A stretch of DNA of 64,000 nt from Macrostomum hystrix (Eukaryota > Animalia > Platyhelminthes). The DNA is taken from contig CATNEN010000034.1 of NCBI GenBank assembly GCA_950097015.1, positions 7,688,001 through 7,752,000 on the forward strand. The letters are read 5' to 3'. Position numbers and translations under genes: made by a program. Under the pieces are notes generated by a model that was not told where the DNA came from, did not search any database, and saw nothing but the letters and a program-made list of their open reading frames with translations. Shown here one piece after another: positions 37,677 to 50,200 of this stretch; the first letter of the stretch is position 1, and each line of letters opens with the position of its first letter.

Positions 37677-40600
37677 ATGTCCGAAGAAATACGAGACGAC
37701 GAGCAGACCATTACGGCCACGCTGTCTCAGCAGCAAAATGCGCAGCCGCCGCAGCTGCTGCAGACGGCTGCTCAAGTTGGCCACGGTTCTCAGAAGCCGC
37801 TAGCTCTGCACAATACCGCATCTGTTGCTTCTTTCAATTCGCCCAGCAGTGGCGCAGCTGCTGTCGCGGCCGCCTCTTCAGCTGTTGGCGCGGATGTGTG
37901 GCCGAAGGGCAAGGTGAACTATGTCATGGACAAGCAGCTTGGCAGCGGCGCCACCTCCAGAGTCTACAAAGCCTTCTGCCCGTTAAAGAATAACGCCGAG
38001 ATCGCTGTCAAAGTGGTGAATCTGGACAGCAGCTCAGTCTCTATGGACGAATTGCATCGCGAGACTCAGGGCATGAAGAAGTTGCGTCACGAGAACATTG
38101 TGGCCTATTATGGTAGCTTTATCGAGGACCAGTTTCTCTATATCCTCATGGATCTGTGCGAGCGTTCCCTGTTAGACATGATCAATCATGTTAAGGCTAC
38201 GCGAGACATTACCCACGGCGTTCTGGACGAATGCACTATTGCCACCATCATGCGGGAGGCTATTAAAGGTTTGCAGTATATTCACGAGAATGGCATTGTG
38301 CACAGGTGAGTTCGCCTGTTTCAATCACGTGCTTATAAAATAGTCAGATTTCCTCAAAGTTGTAGATATATAAAAACAAGTCTGGACAAGCTAGTTACCT
38401 ATAATAGTTTGTTTCTTGCCAGACTAGCCAATAAATGACTTCTGCTGTCCTGCTTGTTTCTAAAAATAGCGACAACTCTTGAAACGCGAATTAATAAGTG
38501 GGGTTTCCCTGTTTTGTTTCTAAAAATAGAAACAACATTAGCACAACGCCATTTAACGATTAGGATTTCTCTGCTTTGTTTCTAAAAATAGCGAAAAATC
38601 TTAAAGCGTAAATTAAAAGTGGGGTTCCCTTAACTTTAGCTTCTAAAAATAGTAACATCATTTAAAGGCTTCCTAGACTTAGCTTCTGAAAATAGCAACA
38701 ATCACTAACTTTGGCAGAGACATCAAATGCGGCAACATCCTACTAAAGAAGGACGGCTCCGTTTTGATTGCGGATTTTGGTGTGACAGCTTTCATCAACA
38801 CTAATCCGTTGACCGCGATGTCTGTGAATCCGGTGTCCAGGCACACCTTCGTTGGCACACCTTGCTGGATGGCGCCTGAGGTAAAATTTTACAAAAATGT
38901 GAACCTCATGAGCGTCTGTCGCTCAAAAAAACATTTTAGTCATTAGAGAAGCATTTGAGTTGTTAGAGAAGCATTTGAGTCGTTAGAGAAGCATTTGAGT
39001 TGTTAGAGAAGCATTTGAGTTGTTAGAGAAGCATTTGAGTCCTTAGAAAAGCATTTGAGTCCTTTGAGAAGCATTTGAGTTGTTAGAGAAGCATTTGAGT
39101 CCTTTGAGAAGCATTTGAGCCCTTTGAGAAGCATTTGAGTCCTTTGAGAAGCATTTGAGTTGTTAGAGAAGCATTTGAGTTGTTAGAGAAGCATTTGCGT
39201 TGTTAGAGAAGCATTTGAGTTGTTAGAGAAGCATTTGCGTTGTTAGAGAACCATTTGAGTTGTTAGAGAAGCATTTGCGTTGTTAGAGAACCATTTGAGT
39301 TGTTAGAGAAGCATTTGAGTCCTTAGAAAAGCATTTGAGTCCTTTGAGAAGCATTTGAGTTGTTAGAGAAGCATTTGAGTCGTTAGAGAAGCATTTGAGT
39401 TGTTAGAGAAGCATTTGAGTCGTTAGAGAAGCATTTGAGTCGTTAGAGAAGCATTTGAGTCGTTAGAGAAGCATTTGAGTCGTTAGAGAAACATTTTAGT
39501 TGTTAGAGAAGTATTTGAGTCGTTAGAGAAGCATTTGAGTCGTTAGAGAAGTATTTGAGTCGTTAGAGAAGCATTTGAGTCGTTAGAGAAGCATTTGAGT
39601 CGTTAGAGAAGCATTTGAGTCGTTAGAGAAGTATTTGAGTCGTTAGAGGAAGCATTTGAGTCCTTGGAGAAGCATTTGAGTTGTCATAATATGTTTCAGT
39701 TGTTAGAATAGGATTTGAATCAAAGAGCAATATTGCAACATCACCAGGTGATGGAGCAACGCCAGAACGGATACACGCAGAAGGCGGACATATGGAGTGT
39801 CGGGATCACGGCACTGGAGCTGGTGACTGGCAGCGCTCCCTACGCCAAATTTCCGCCGGTGAAAGTGATTGTGCTCACATTGAACAATGATCCGCCAAAT
39901 CTGAACTCGGTGGAAGAGAAGCAAGGTCAGTACTCGGCCTACGGTCAGAAGTTTCGCAAGTTCGTCTCGGCCTGCCTTCAACGCAACGATGGCGAACGGC
40001 CCAGCGCTAAGCAGCTGCTTCATCACAGCTTCATCCGCGGCAAGGCCAAGGACAAGGAGGTCATCGTCAAGGCGCTACTCAGCGGCGACACTCCGCTGCC
40101 ATCTGTCAAGCTGAAGCGCCGATCAGCCGAAGCTCTCGAGGCTGGGGAGGGCGGCGAGTACGAGTCAGACTCGGATGCCGACGAGGCGGACTTTTGGGAC
40201 TTCTCCGGCGATGCCACCCTGACGGCTGACAGTCAGCGAGGCGCCGACGCTGCCGCTGTCGCAGCCGCTTCGTCTGCGTCGTCGGCTTCAGCGACCGCTC
40301 CGACTGCCAAGCCCGCGGCCGCTTCGGAAACGTCCGCAGATTCCGGAGCTGCCACGGTGGCGGCTTCTGCGTCCGCGTCAGCGACATCTACTGTAGTGGC
40401 CGGAGTCGCCGCCGTTGAACTATCGGACAATCCGGACGCTCGCCTGGACTGGTATCGCCGACTGCTGGCTGGCCGACCTGGGCAGGTGAGAATTCGACTA
40501 ATTAGATGACGAGGCACTTTACAGCTTAAATCTGGTCATAGTTACTCACAGAGTTAATCTAACTTCGATATTTTCCTTGAATAGAAACGGGATTATCCTA

Positions 40601-41467
40601 AAATAGAAACGGGATTATCCTAAAATATTAACGGGATTATCCTAAAATAGAAACGGGATTATCCTAGCATAGATAAGGGATTATCCTAGCATAGGTAAGG
40701 GATTATCCTAGCTATGTAAGCATAGGTAAGGGACTTTCCCTGAGTAAAGAAAGGATTATCCTTGAGTAGATAAGGATTATTCTTGAGTAGAAAAATGATT
40801 ATCCTTGAGTAGAAAAATGATTATCCTTGAGTAAATCAAGGATTATCCTTGAGTAGATAAAGGATTATCCTTGAGTAGATAAGGATTATCCTTGAGTAGA
40901 TAAGGATTATCCTTGAGTAGATAAAGGATTATATTGAATCTAACGCAGGTGTGCATGAAGCTGCGCCTACGCAAGCGCAAAGACACTGACGCCTTGGCGC
41001 CCGGCTCCGACGGCGCCTCCGGTGCTGACGACGATGTCGGCGCCGCGTCAGCCGGCGGCTCATCGGCCGGCGGCCCGGCTGGCCAGGATGGCTCAGCTGG
41101 TGGCGGCGAAAGTCTCGGCCACACCGAACTACAGGACATCACCTTCGACCTGACTGTTGGCAAAGATCGCGCCAACGGCATCACAATGGAACTGGTTGAG
41201 TCCGAGTTAGTTCGCATGCACGATCTAGTTGTGATTTCCCACGCCCTGCAGACCCTCATCGACCAGCCGTGGCAGCAGCAGCGAGTTATACCGTTGAACT
41301 CGCCTCTACCAAACGGTGTCTACCCGGATCAGGCGGAATTCATCGGCTTCGCTGGCTTGTCTGTGGTCTCAATTAGGTTAGTGAGGCCAGATATTGCCGA
41401 CGAAATCATTAGCGCAGCTTCTCTGTCACCGTCTGCTGTTGCCGCCGCCGCCGCTTCTGCCCAGTGA
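37677..41467 (+). CDS. OXSR1: STE20-family kinase of the OSR1/SPAK (Fray) group, 4 exons, about 682 aa
   Basis: Exons 37677-38305, 38718-38880, 39748-40485 and 40949-41467. Motifs [54 protein letters not shown] and LTL.NDPP. C-terminal CCT/PF2 domain ([28 protein letters not shown]). OXSR1 versus STK39 cannot be resolved (invertebrate co-ortholog). Confidence 0.92.
38940..39680. repeat. 20-bp minisatellite (GAGAAGCATTTGAGTCGTTA) in kinase intron 2
   Basis: About 36 visible units. Confidence 0.95.
40572..40932. repeat. GGATTATCC-family 21-22-bp minisatellite in kinase intron 3
   Basis: The 3' part is nearly identical to the 35310-37460 unit. Confidence 0.92.
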
Positions 41468-41699
41468 GAACAGCGCAGCCTGATTGTCAGAGCACAGATT
41501 TTATATGTCTGTTCAAATATCAGATGAAATCAGTGCCGCTATTGTGTTTTTTTGCCTAAACTTTTCCATCGCGTCATCTGATAATTTGTCTGCCGTTACT
41601 AATTATTTTATTTTAACGCAACTGATTAAATACGTTAATTTCTAACGATTTTGTAACGGTTTTCGGTAAAATTAGCAAAGAGAATTAAGCAATGCACAT

Positions 41700-41757
41700 C
41701 AGTTAGGGCTCCAGTAGAATCGAACCCCGGACGTTTACGCTCTAACCACTAAACTAG
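41700..41757 (-). mobile_element. Isolated tRNA-SINE head remnant
   Basis: The minus strand reads TAGTGGTTAGAGCG..GGGGTTCGATTC (A and B boxes, shortened spacer). Confidence 0.45.
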
Positions 41758-42599
41758 AACTAGTAGCTTAAGCTAAAACAATAATAATTTAGCAGATACT
41801 CTTAAAACTTGTAGCGATAACGGACGGAAAATCGTTACTTTTTTTACTTAATTGGGTAAATTCAACAAGTCGCTAGCTGATGGACTAAAACATAAATGAT
41901 AAATGTATCAAATATATTAATTGGCTTGCAAGTTGATGCACTGTGAACAAATTACTGATTGAGTTGATTGAGTCTGTATGAGTACTATATAATAGTGTGT
42001 TTTTTTAATCAATTTCTTATGCGTTTAAATTTAAGATGCGAATGAACTGCTGAATATTTTTTATATCAAATGAGTAACATTTTAAATTGCTTATTGATTA
42101 TAAATCACATTGCTCTTATAATTTACTATATTTACCGTATAATAAATTAGTAAGGTTTTGCTTCTAAATTCGCTGTGTAGTACTACTAACAGTAGCGCAA
42201 AAGAAAAAAGAGAAAATTTAAAACCCGGCTTTGATTTCGCTTGGTGCTTGGAATGTTTTTCGTCTCCTTGCCCTTTCAGCGTCAGTTTATTTGTTCTTAT
42301 AATTGCTTAGCTATAATATGTACCCAACTAATGCCTTATTGTTTCTCTGGCCTTACTATATCTATGCTTCTGTGCTGAAATCTGTTTTTCTATGTTTCAT
42401 CTATTAATAGTTTTTATAAATTATTTGCGAAGCCTGTCAGCTTATTTAGAACATCTTTGATAGATGGTTGCACTGTTTAGCAGGTCTGATCAAATATGCG
42501 CCCTGATATACTCGGTAGAATATTATTCTTCATGTGCAGTTTTTTTATTGCCAGCTGAGGTATCTCATTTATGGCTATCGTTTGATACTTTCCTGATAT

Positions 42600-43410
42600 C
42601 CTCTTCTCTCCCCTCTCCCCTCTCCCCTCCTCTCCTCAACCGTCTCCTCTCCGATCTTCTCTCTCCTCTTCTCTCTCCTCTCCTCTCCTCAACCTTCTCC
42701 TCTCCGATCTTCTCTCTCCTCTTCTCTCTCATCTCCTCTCTTCTCTCCTCTCTCCTCTCCCCTCCTCTCCTCTACCGTCTTCTCTCCTCTTCTCTCTCCT
42801 CTTCTCTCTCCTCTTCTCTATCATCTCCTCTCTCCTCTTCTCTCTCCTCTTCTCTCTCCTCTTCTCTCTCCTCTTCTCTCTCCTCTTCTCTATCATCTCC
42901 TCTCTCCTCTTCTCTCCTCAACCGTCTCCTCTCCGATCTTCTCTCTCCTCTTCTCTCCTCAACCTTCTCCTCTCCGATCTTCTCTCTCCTCTTCTCTCTC
43001 CTCTTCTCTCCTCAACCTTCTCCTCTCCGATCTTCTCTCTCCTCTTCTCTCTCATCTCCTCTCTTCTCTCCTCTCTCCTCTCCCCTCCTCTCATCTACCG
43101 TCTTCTCTCCTCTTCTCTCTCCTCTTCTCTCTCCTCTTCTCTATCATCTCCTCTCTCCTCTTCTCTATCATCTCCTCTCTTCTCTCCTCTCTCCTCTCCC
43201 CTCCTCTCCTCTACCGTCTTCTCTCCTCTTCTCTCTCCTCTTCTCTCTCCTCTTCTCTATCATCTCCTCTCCTCTCTCCTCGCCTCCTCTCTCTACTCTC
43301 CTCTCCCATCTCCTCTCCTCTCCTCTCTTCTCTCGTTTTCTCTCTCATCTATCCTCTTCTCTCTCCTCTCCTCTCTCCTCTCCTCTCCTCTCTCTTTTTC
43401 CTCTCTTTCC
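42600..43410. repeat. About 800-bp CT-rich polypyrimidine low-complexity tract
   Basis: Almost all C/T on the plus strand; explains the Ser/Leu/Pro ORF 42464-43426. Confidence 0.95.
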
Positions 43411-44119
43411 TTGCCCTACTATCTGACTTTAGTTTATTAAATCGACAATCTGCTTCCTCGTGAAGGCCCGTTGGAAAATAATTTTCCTTTTTTTACTCAC
43501 TATCTGCATCGGCCAGTTATTTGTCAGCGGCTGCAGTGCCAGACAGCCTCGCAGTTTACTTAAATTGTTTCCTTTATTAGGAAACATTCGAAATGCTTTG
43601 CCTGGAACATTCAGCTGTTAGAAAAATCTATATTTTTATAGTTTATACATGATTTAGCTACTGAATTTTTTTTCCAAAACAGCAAAGCTTTAAAATCGTA
43701 ACATTTTTTAGAATTCTCACTGGTTTAATCCATTAATAAGTTAATTTCGGTTGTCATTTGAGCATCAGTCAGTCCTGGTTGTAGTTGTGCACTGAAATAG
43801 TTTGTTTCTTTTTAATTTGGGATCTTAGCTAAGTTACTGTGTTACAATTTTATTTTTCCTCTTGTAACAAGCATTAATATTAGTAGTTTGCATGCGCTTT
43901 GCGTGATTTCTTATTCAAGTTTACATTTAAGCTACATAAAAATATCCTTTTCATTTCAATAATAGGATTTCAGATATTGAAAGATTCTTTGCTTTGTCAT
44001 GGCGGGCATCTTAAAGCCGCCAGGTGCAAATCAATTATAGAAATCAGTTTGTGTCCATTTTATGAAACATTTTTAACAATGCCCGCCGCGCTTTCCTGCT
44101 TTTCATTTGTCTTCGTGAA

Positions 44120-44730
44120 AAGGGACTATCATGTAATAGTTAAGGGATTGTCCTGGAATAGATAAGGGATTGTCCTGGAATAGATAAGGGATTGTCCTGG
44201 AATAGATAAGCGATTGTCCTGGAATAGATAATGGATTGTCCTGGAATAGATAAGGGATTGTGCTGGAATAGATAATGGATTGTCCTGGAATAGATAAGGG
44301 ATTGTCCTGGTATATATAATCGATTGTCCTGGAATAGATAAGGGATTGTCCTGCAATAGATAAGGGATTATCCTGCAATAGATAAGGGATTATCCTGGAA
44401 TAGATAAGGGATTGTCCTGGAATAGATAAGGGATTGTCCTGGAATAGATAAGGTGTTGCCCAGGAATAGATAAGGGATTGTCCTGGAATAGATAGGGATT
44501 GTCCTGGAATAGATAAGGGATTGTCCTGGAATAGATAAGGGATTGTCCTGGAATATATAAGGTGTTGCCCAGGAATAGATAAGGTGTTGCCCAGGAATAG
44601 ATAAGGGATTGTCCTGGAATGTGCCCGAGATTAGCCTAGCTCAGACACGAGATTATCCCAGCAAATACTCGAAATTATCCTAGAATCAAACCAGGATTAT
44701 CCTAGAATCAAACCAGGTGTATCCTAGAAT
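44120..44730. repeat. 22-bp minisatellite (AAGGGATTGTCCTGGAATAGAT), related to the GGATTATCC family, with a short 23-bp tail array
   Basis: Visible units upstream of YPEL5. Confidence 0.92.
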
Positions 44731-44803
44731 CATCAATAGCACAATTTCAACCACCGTCTCGTCCTGCTCTTACAGCCACATACCCTCTGTCGTTGGCATC
44801 AAG

Positions 44804-45169
44804 ATGGGTCGGCATTTCATTGAACACCTGGGAGGCGATCGGGTGTTCTCCTGCAGCAACTGCGATTGCCCGCTAACCAATCGCAAAGAGCTCATTAGCA
44901 CCCGCTTCACGGGAGCCACTGGCCGGGCCTTCCTATTTAATCGGGTTGTAAACCTCGACTTTAGCGGCATTCACGACCGGATGATGCTGACTGGCCGGCA
45001 TCTGGTTCGCGACGTCAGCTGCAAGAAGTGCAAAGTCAAGCTCGGCTGGATCTACGAGTTCGCAATCGAGGACGGTCAGAAGTACAAGGAGGGCAAAGTC
45101 ATCCTGGAACGGGCCTTGATCAACGAGAGCGAGGGATTTCCTGATCCTGTCCGAGATGCCACCAACTGA
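44804..45169 (+). CDS. YPEL5: Yippee-like protein 5, 121 aa, uninterrupted CDS
   Basis: [69 protein letters not shown] matches YPEL5/Yippee throughout, including both CxxC zinc pairs. Confidence 0.95.
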   Translation: MGRHFIEHLGGDRVFSCSNCDCPLTNRKELISTRFTGATGRAFLFNRVVNLDFSGIHDRMMLTGRHLVRDVSCKKCKVKLGWIYEFAIEDGQKYKEGKVILERALINESEGFPDPVRDATN

Positions 45170-45174
45170 GGATC

Positions 45175-46070
45175 GTGAGCGTCTGGTAGGGTGGGATGCT
45201 GATGTCTGGTAGGGTGGATGTTGATGTCTGGTAGGGTGGATGCTGATGTCTGGTAGGGTGGGATGTTGATGTCTGGTAGGGTGGATGTTGATGTCTGGTA
45301 GGGTGGATGTTGATGTCTGGTAGGGTGGATGCTGATGTCTGGTAGGGTGGGATGCTGATGTCTGGTAGGGTGGGATGCTGATGTCTGGTAGGGTGGGATG
45401 CTGATGTCTGGTAGGGTGGATGCTGATGTCTGGTAGGGTGGGATGTTGATGTCTGGTAGGGTGGATGTTGATGTCTGGTAGGGTGGATGTTGATGTCTGG
45501 TAGGGTGGATGCTGATGTCTGGTAGGGTGGGATGCTGATGTCTGGTAGGGTGGATGCTGATGTCTGGTAGGGTGGGATGCTGATGTCTGGTAGGGTGGGA
45601 TGTTGATGTCTGGTAGGGTGGATGTTGATGTCTGGTAGGGTGGATGTTGATGTCTGGTAGGGTGGATGCTGATGTCTGGTAGGGTGGGATGCTGATGTCT
45701 GGTAGGGTGGATGCTGATGTCTGGTAGGGTGGGATGCTGATGTCTGGTAGGGTGGGATGTTGATGTCTGGTAGGGTGGATGTTGATGTCTGGTAGGGTGG
45801 ATGTTGATGTCTGGTAGGGTGGGATAATAGTGTCTGGTGAGGTTGGATAACAGTGTCTGGTAGGGTGGGTTAATAGTGACTGGTAGGGTGGGTTAATAGT
45901 GACTGGTAGGCATGGGGATAAAAGTGTCTGGTAGTGTTGGATAACAATGTCTGGCAGTCTAGGAAATTGATGTATGGTAGGGTTGGATAATGGGATCTGG
46001 TAGGATGCGATGATGGGATCTGGTAGGATGGGATAATGGGATCTGGTAGGATGGGATAATTGATCTGGTA
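45175..46070. repeat. 21/22-bp G-rich minisatellite (GATGTCTGGTAGGGTGG(G)ATGYT), degenerating after ~45830
   Basis: Starts a few bases after the YPEL5 stop. Confidence 0.94.
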
Positions 46071-46600
46071 GAGTAAGATCTCGCAGTGGGGGATAATGGA
46101 GTGAAGTGATGTGTACTTTTCTAACATAAATTGTGCATATTAATATTTCTGATTGCATAGAGAATATTAAGCATGTATAATCATTTTTCAGTTTTAAACT
46201 GTTGTGTCAATTCTGTAAATTATTTTCCAACGGTTTGCTACACTAGCCGGCGCAGCGTTTCTTTATTACATATTGCGCAATAACAATTTTATTGAAAAGC
46301 TATTAGAGTACCTCCGCGACTTTACTGGCGTGTGATTGCTATGATTTAGTGTTTATATTCTGTTACTGTACTGGCTTTGCGGCAAAGTGACAGCTTAATA
46401 TTTCTATTGTTTTTTGCACTTGTTACTTTAGCTGGCACTACTAACTATCTGTACATATGCGTTGTTTTTTTCGTGTCGAATTGCAAACATGCGATCTCTA
46501 ACATACTGATCTACTGCAATTATAAATTGGCTGTCTTTTGCTCTAATGCTGACTTGAGCGCTTTCAATCACTAAATCAATTTCTCTACTCGTTATTTTTC

Positions 46601-46631
46601 GTCCGTCTGTCTGTCTGTCTATCTGCCCGCC

Positions 46632-46680
<49 letters not shown>

Positions 46681-46739
46681 GCCCGCCTGTCTGTCTGTCT
46701 GTCTGCCAGTCCGTCTGTCTGTCTGTCTATCTGCCCGCC

Positions 46740-46792
<53 letters not shown>

Positions 46793-46824
46793 GCCCGCCT
46801 GTCTGTCTGTCTGTCTGCCAGTCC

Positions 46825-46868
<44 letters not shown>

Positions 46869-46925
46869 GCCTGTCAGTCAGTCTGTCTGTCTGCCTGTCT
46901 GTCTGCCTGTCTGCCTGTCTGTCAC

Positions 46926-46964
<39 letters not shown>

Positions 46965-47030
46965 GCCTGTCTGTCTGTCTGTCACTCTGTCTGTCTGCCT
47001 GTCTGTCTGTCAGTCTGTCTGTCTGCCTGT
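46601..47030. repeat. (CTGT)n microsatellite with variants
   Basis: Direct reading. Confidence 0.96.
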
Positions 47031-47160
47031 CCCATTGGTTGCCAAGCAGTGCAGAGGTCAACTCGGGTCGCACGGACCGTCTCGCCGCGGTGAATGTGTT
47101 TTGCAAAAAATCGAGGCAGCCAATCCGCCACCCTCCCCGCCCCTGAGCCAATCGCTGATA
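47030..47160 (+). promoter_or_regulatory. Candidate proximal promoter of the SLC6 gene (three CCAAT/ATTGG boxes and a GC box)
   Basis: ATTGG at ~47034, CCAATC at ~47120 and ~47149, and CCCCGCCCC between the last two, 130-260 bp upstream of ATG 47291. Confidence 0.35.
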
Positions 47161-47290
47161 GCCGGTCGTCAGAGAGAAGTTGAACTGAATGAGAGTCTCA
47201 GCCCAGGCCAAATGGGTCTTGCATATTCCCTGAGAATATAGGGCTTTGCTTGGAGTAGCTATACTGGCCCATCAGCCAGCGAGGGCAGTC

Positions 47291-50200
47291 ATGGCCAACG
47301 TCGACAGGAACGGCTCGCTGACTCCGCCGCCGGCGAAGGAGTCGCCAACCTCGCCAGCCGACGATGCCGCCGGGGCGCCCGCTGTCGGACAGTCCAGAAA
47401 GGAGTTGTGGACGGACAAGCTGGGATTCTTTCTGTCAGTCATGGGATACAACATCGGCCTGGGTGATATTCTCCGCTTTCCCTATCTGGTGATGAAGAAT
47501 GGCGGAGGTGAGTCTGGGAGAGCTGTTCAGTCCATGGATTTGAAGTTTTCCTGCAGGCTGAGATTCGAGCCTTTGACCTCTCTAATGCCCTCTAAAGCTT
47601 CTAGATGTTTTCTAAGCTGTTAAAAATAATCCATAGCAATTAGTTCGCTGATTCTATGCAAACCTATCTAAAAAAACTGTATAGATACTAGTAGACAGAC
47701 ACAGAGACTGAAGAAATGAAAAGAGAGCTCCATTCAAAGTCGACACTCCGATACACGAAAGACAGTTTTTGCTTCTGATAAAAGTAGGCGAGAAAAAGCA
47801 AATTGCACTGCGCGGTGTGGAACAGACGCGCCCTGCTCGCTTTGGTACATTGTTTAAAATAAAGATAATTGATTACACCTGAATAATTACATCCGAAGGT
47901 GGCGTACGGCTAATCAGTCCATTGACTTGGGACGCTAAAACTACACTTAAATACAGTGTTTGGCATCGTTAACTTTATTTTTAACGGACTAAACATTGGT
48001 CCGTTAAAGTTAAATTTAGAAGAAAGCTAAAAGCTAATTGGGCAAAAGCGGCGGAAGTTAACTGAAGTTCAGTCGTCAAAAAAGTAACGGCAATTCATAA
48101 ATCCGTTAAGAAAATAAAATAGTAATAAGAGTAGGCTGTCCAGAGTTAAGTGCCTCGCTACTGGATAATCATGACACTGCTTAACGAGATGGTTTTCACT
48201 GGGCCCAAATATATTTGCCGTAACACAAGAGGCATTGAGAATAAATTATCAAAGAGGTCGTTCTGGCGGTTCGATTATAACTTATTCTTTCATTCGATTT
48301 GTCTCATGGCAAATCACTTTTTTTCCTGTCGTAAAGGATTGAATAGATGCAACTCGTATAACTGCTAACAACTTCTCTATTCTCTCCCTCACTCATTAAT
48401 TATTAATGAGCTACTGTCTATTTAAACGTAGTACACCTGTGCGTTTGTCTTCGAGTGAAAGCAAACGTTGCTACGTGCTCTTGAATTTGTGTCTGTTAGT
48501 AGAAGCCCCGATTAGAAATTAGATATTGATAAGGAAACTTTTTAAACACATGCGGCCTCTTGCGGTTTCTTGTTTGACTATTTATTTTACAGTGAGAAAC
48601 CATTTCATATTTGCTGCTATTACACTTTGTAGAAATAAAATGTGTGTTTGTAGGACTGAAACTAGTTAACAGTTTATAAAAGATTGACTGTACTTTCACC
48701 TGAGTCATATTATACTGGCTCAATCTGGCTGCAGTTGATTTAAGATTTGTGTCACAAAATCTGCCAGTTTATAGACGACTTATTGCACAAAATCTGCCAG
48801 TTTATCGAGTATTTCACAAAAAATTGACAGTTTATTGAGAGTTTATGTCGAAATCTGCCAGTTTATCGAGGGTTTATGTCGAAATCTGCCAGTTTATCGA
48901 GGGTTTATGTCGAAATCTGCCAGTTTATCGAGGGTTTATGTCGAAATCTGCCAGTTTATCGAGGGTTTATGTCGAAATCTGCCAGTTTATCGAGGGTTTA
49001 TGTCGAAATCTTCCAGTTTATCGAGGGTTTATGTCGAAATCTGCCAGTTTATCGAGGGTTTATGTCGAAATCTGCCAGTTTATCGAGGGTTTATGTCGAA
49101 ATCTGCCAGTTTATCGAGGGTTTATGTCGAAATCTTCCAGTTTATCGAGGGTTTATGTCGAAATCTGCCAGTTTATCAAGGTTTTATGTCGAAATCTGCC
49201 AGTTTATCGAGGGTTTTTGTCGAAATCTGCCAGTTTATCGAGGGTTTATGTCGAAATCTGCCAGTTTATCAAGGTTTTTTTCGAAATCTGCCAGTTTATC
49301 AAGGTTTTTTTCGAAATCTGCCAATTTATCAAGGGTTTATGTTGAAATCTGTTGCTTCCGAGTAGCCGAGCAGCTAAACAATCCCCAATCCCTACTCAAA
49401 TCCCACAGGAGCCTTCCTCATCCCCTATTTTACCTTCCTGTTCACCATCGGAGTGCCGCTGTTTGTGCTCGAGCTGTCACTGGGCCAGTACACAGGCAAG
49501 TCGCCGCTGGTGTTCTACCAGAACTTGTGCCCGATCCTCAAGGGCATCGGCTGGTGCAACATTGTTAGCTGCTTCTTCTTCAACGTGTACTATCTCATCC
49601 AGCTGGCCTGGATCTGTTTCTACCTGCTGCACAGCTTCATGGACCCGCTGCCCTGGTCAGACTGTGAGGCTGCGGCTGCTAATGCCAGCCTGTGCTACAA
49701 ACCGGCCCTGTCTGACAACTACACCGTGTCCGCGGAGTATCTCACGGTCTGTTCCAGCCGACTGGTTTCATGGAAACTGCTAGGGGATCTAGCTGGAGAT
49801 TGTCAGGGATCTAGCTGGAGATTGTCAGGGATCTAGCTGGAGATTGTCAGGGATCTAGCTGGAGATTGTCAGGGATCTAGCTGGAGATTGTCAGGGATAT
49901 AGCTGGAGATTGTCAGGGATCTAGCTGGAGTTTGTCAGGGATCTAGCTGGAGATTGTCAGGGATCTAGCTGGAGATTGTCAGGGATCTAGCTGGAGATTA
50001 TTAGGAAATCTAGCTAGAGATTATTAGAGGATCTAGCTAGAGATTGTGAGCGGATCTAGCTAGAGATTATTAGGGAATCTAGCTAGAGTTTATCAGAGAA
50101 TCTAGCTAGAGATTGTGAGCGGATCTAGCTAGAGATTATCAGGGAATCCAGCTAGAGATTGTGAGCGGATCTAGCTAGAGATTATCAGCGAATCTAGCTA

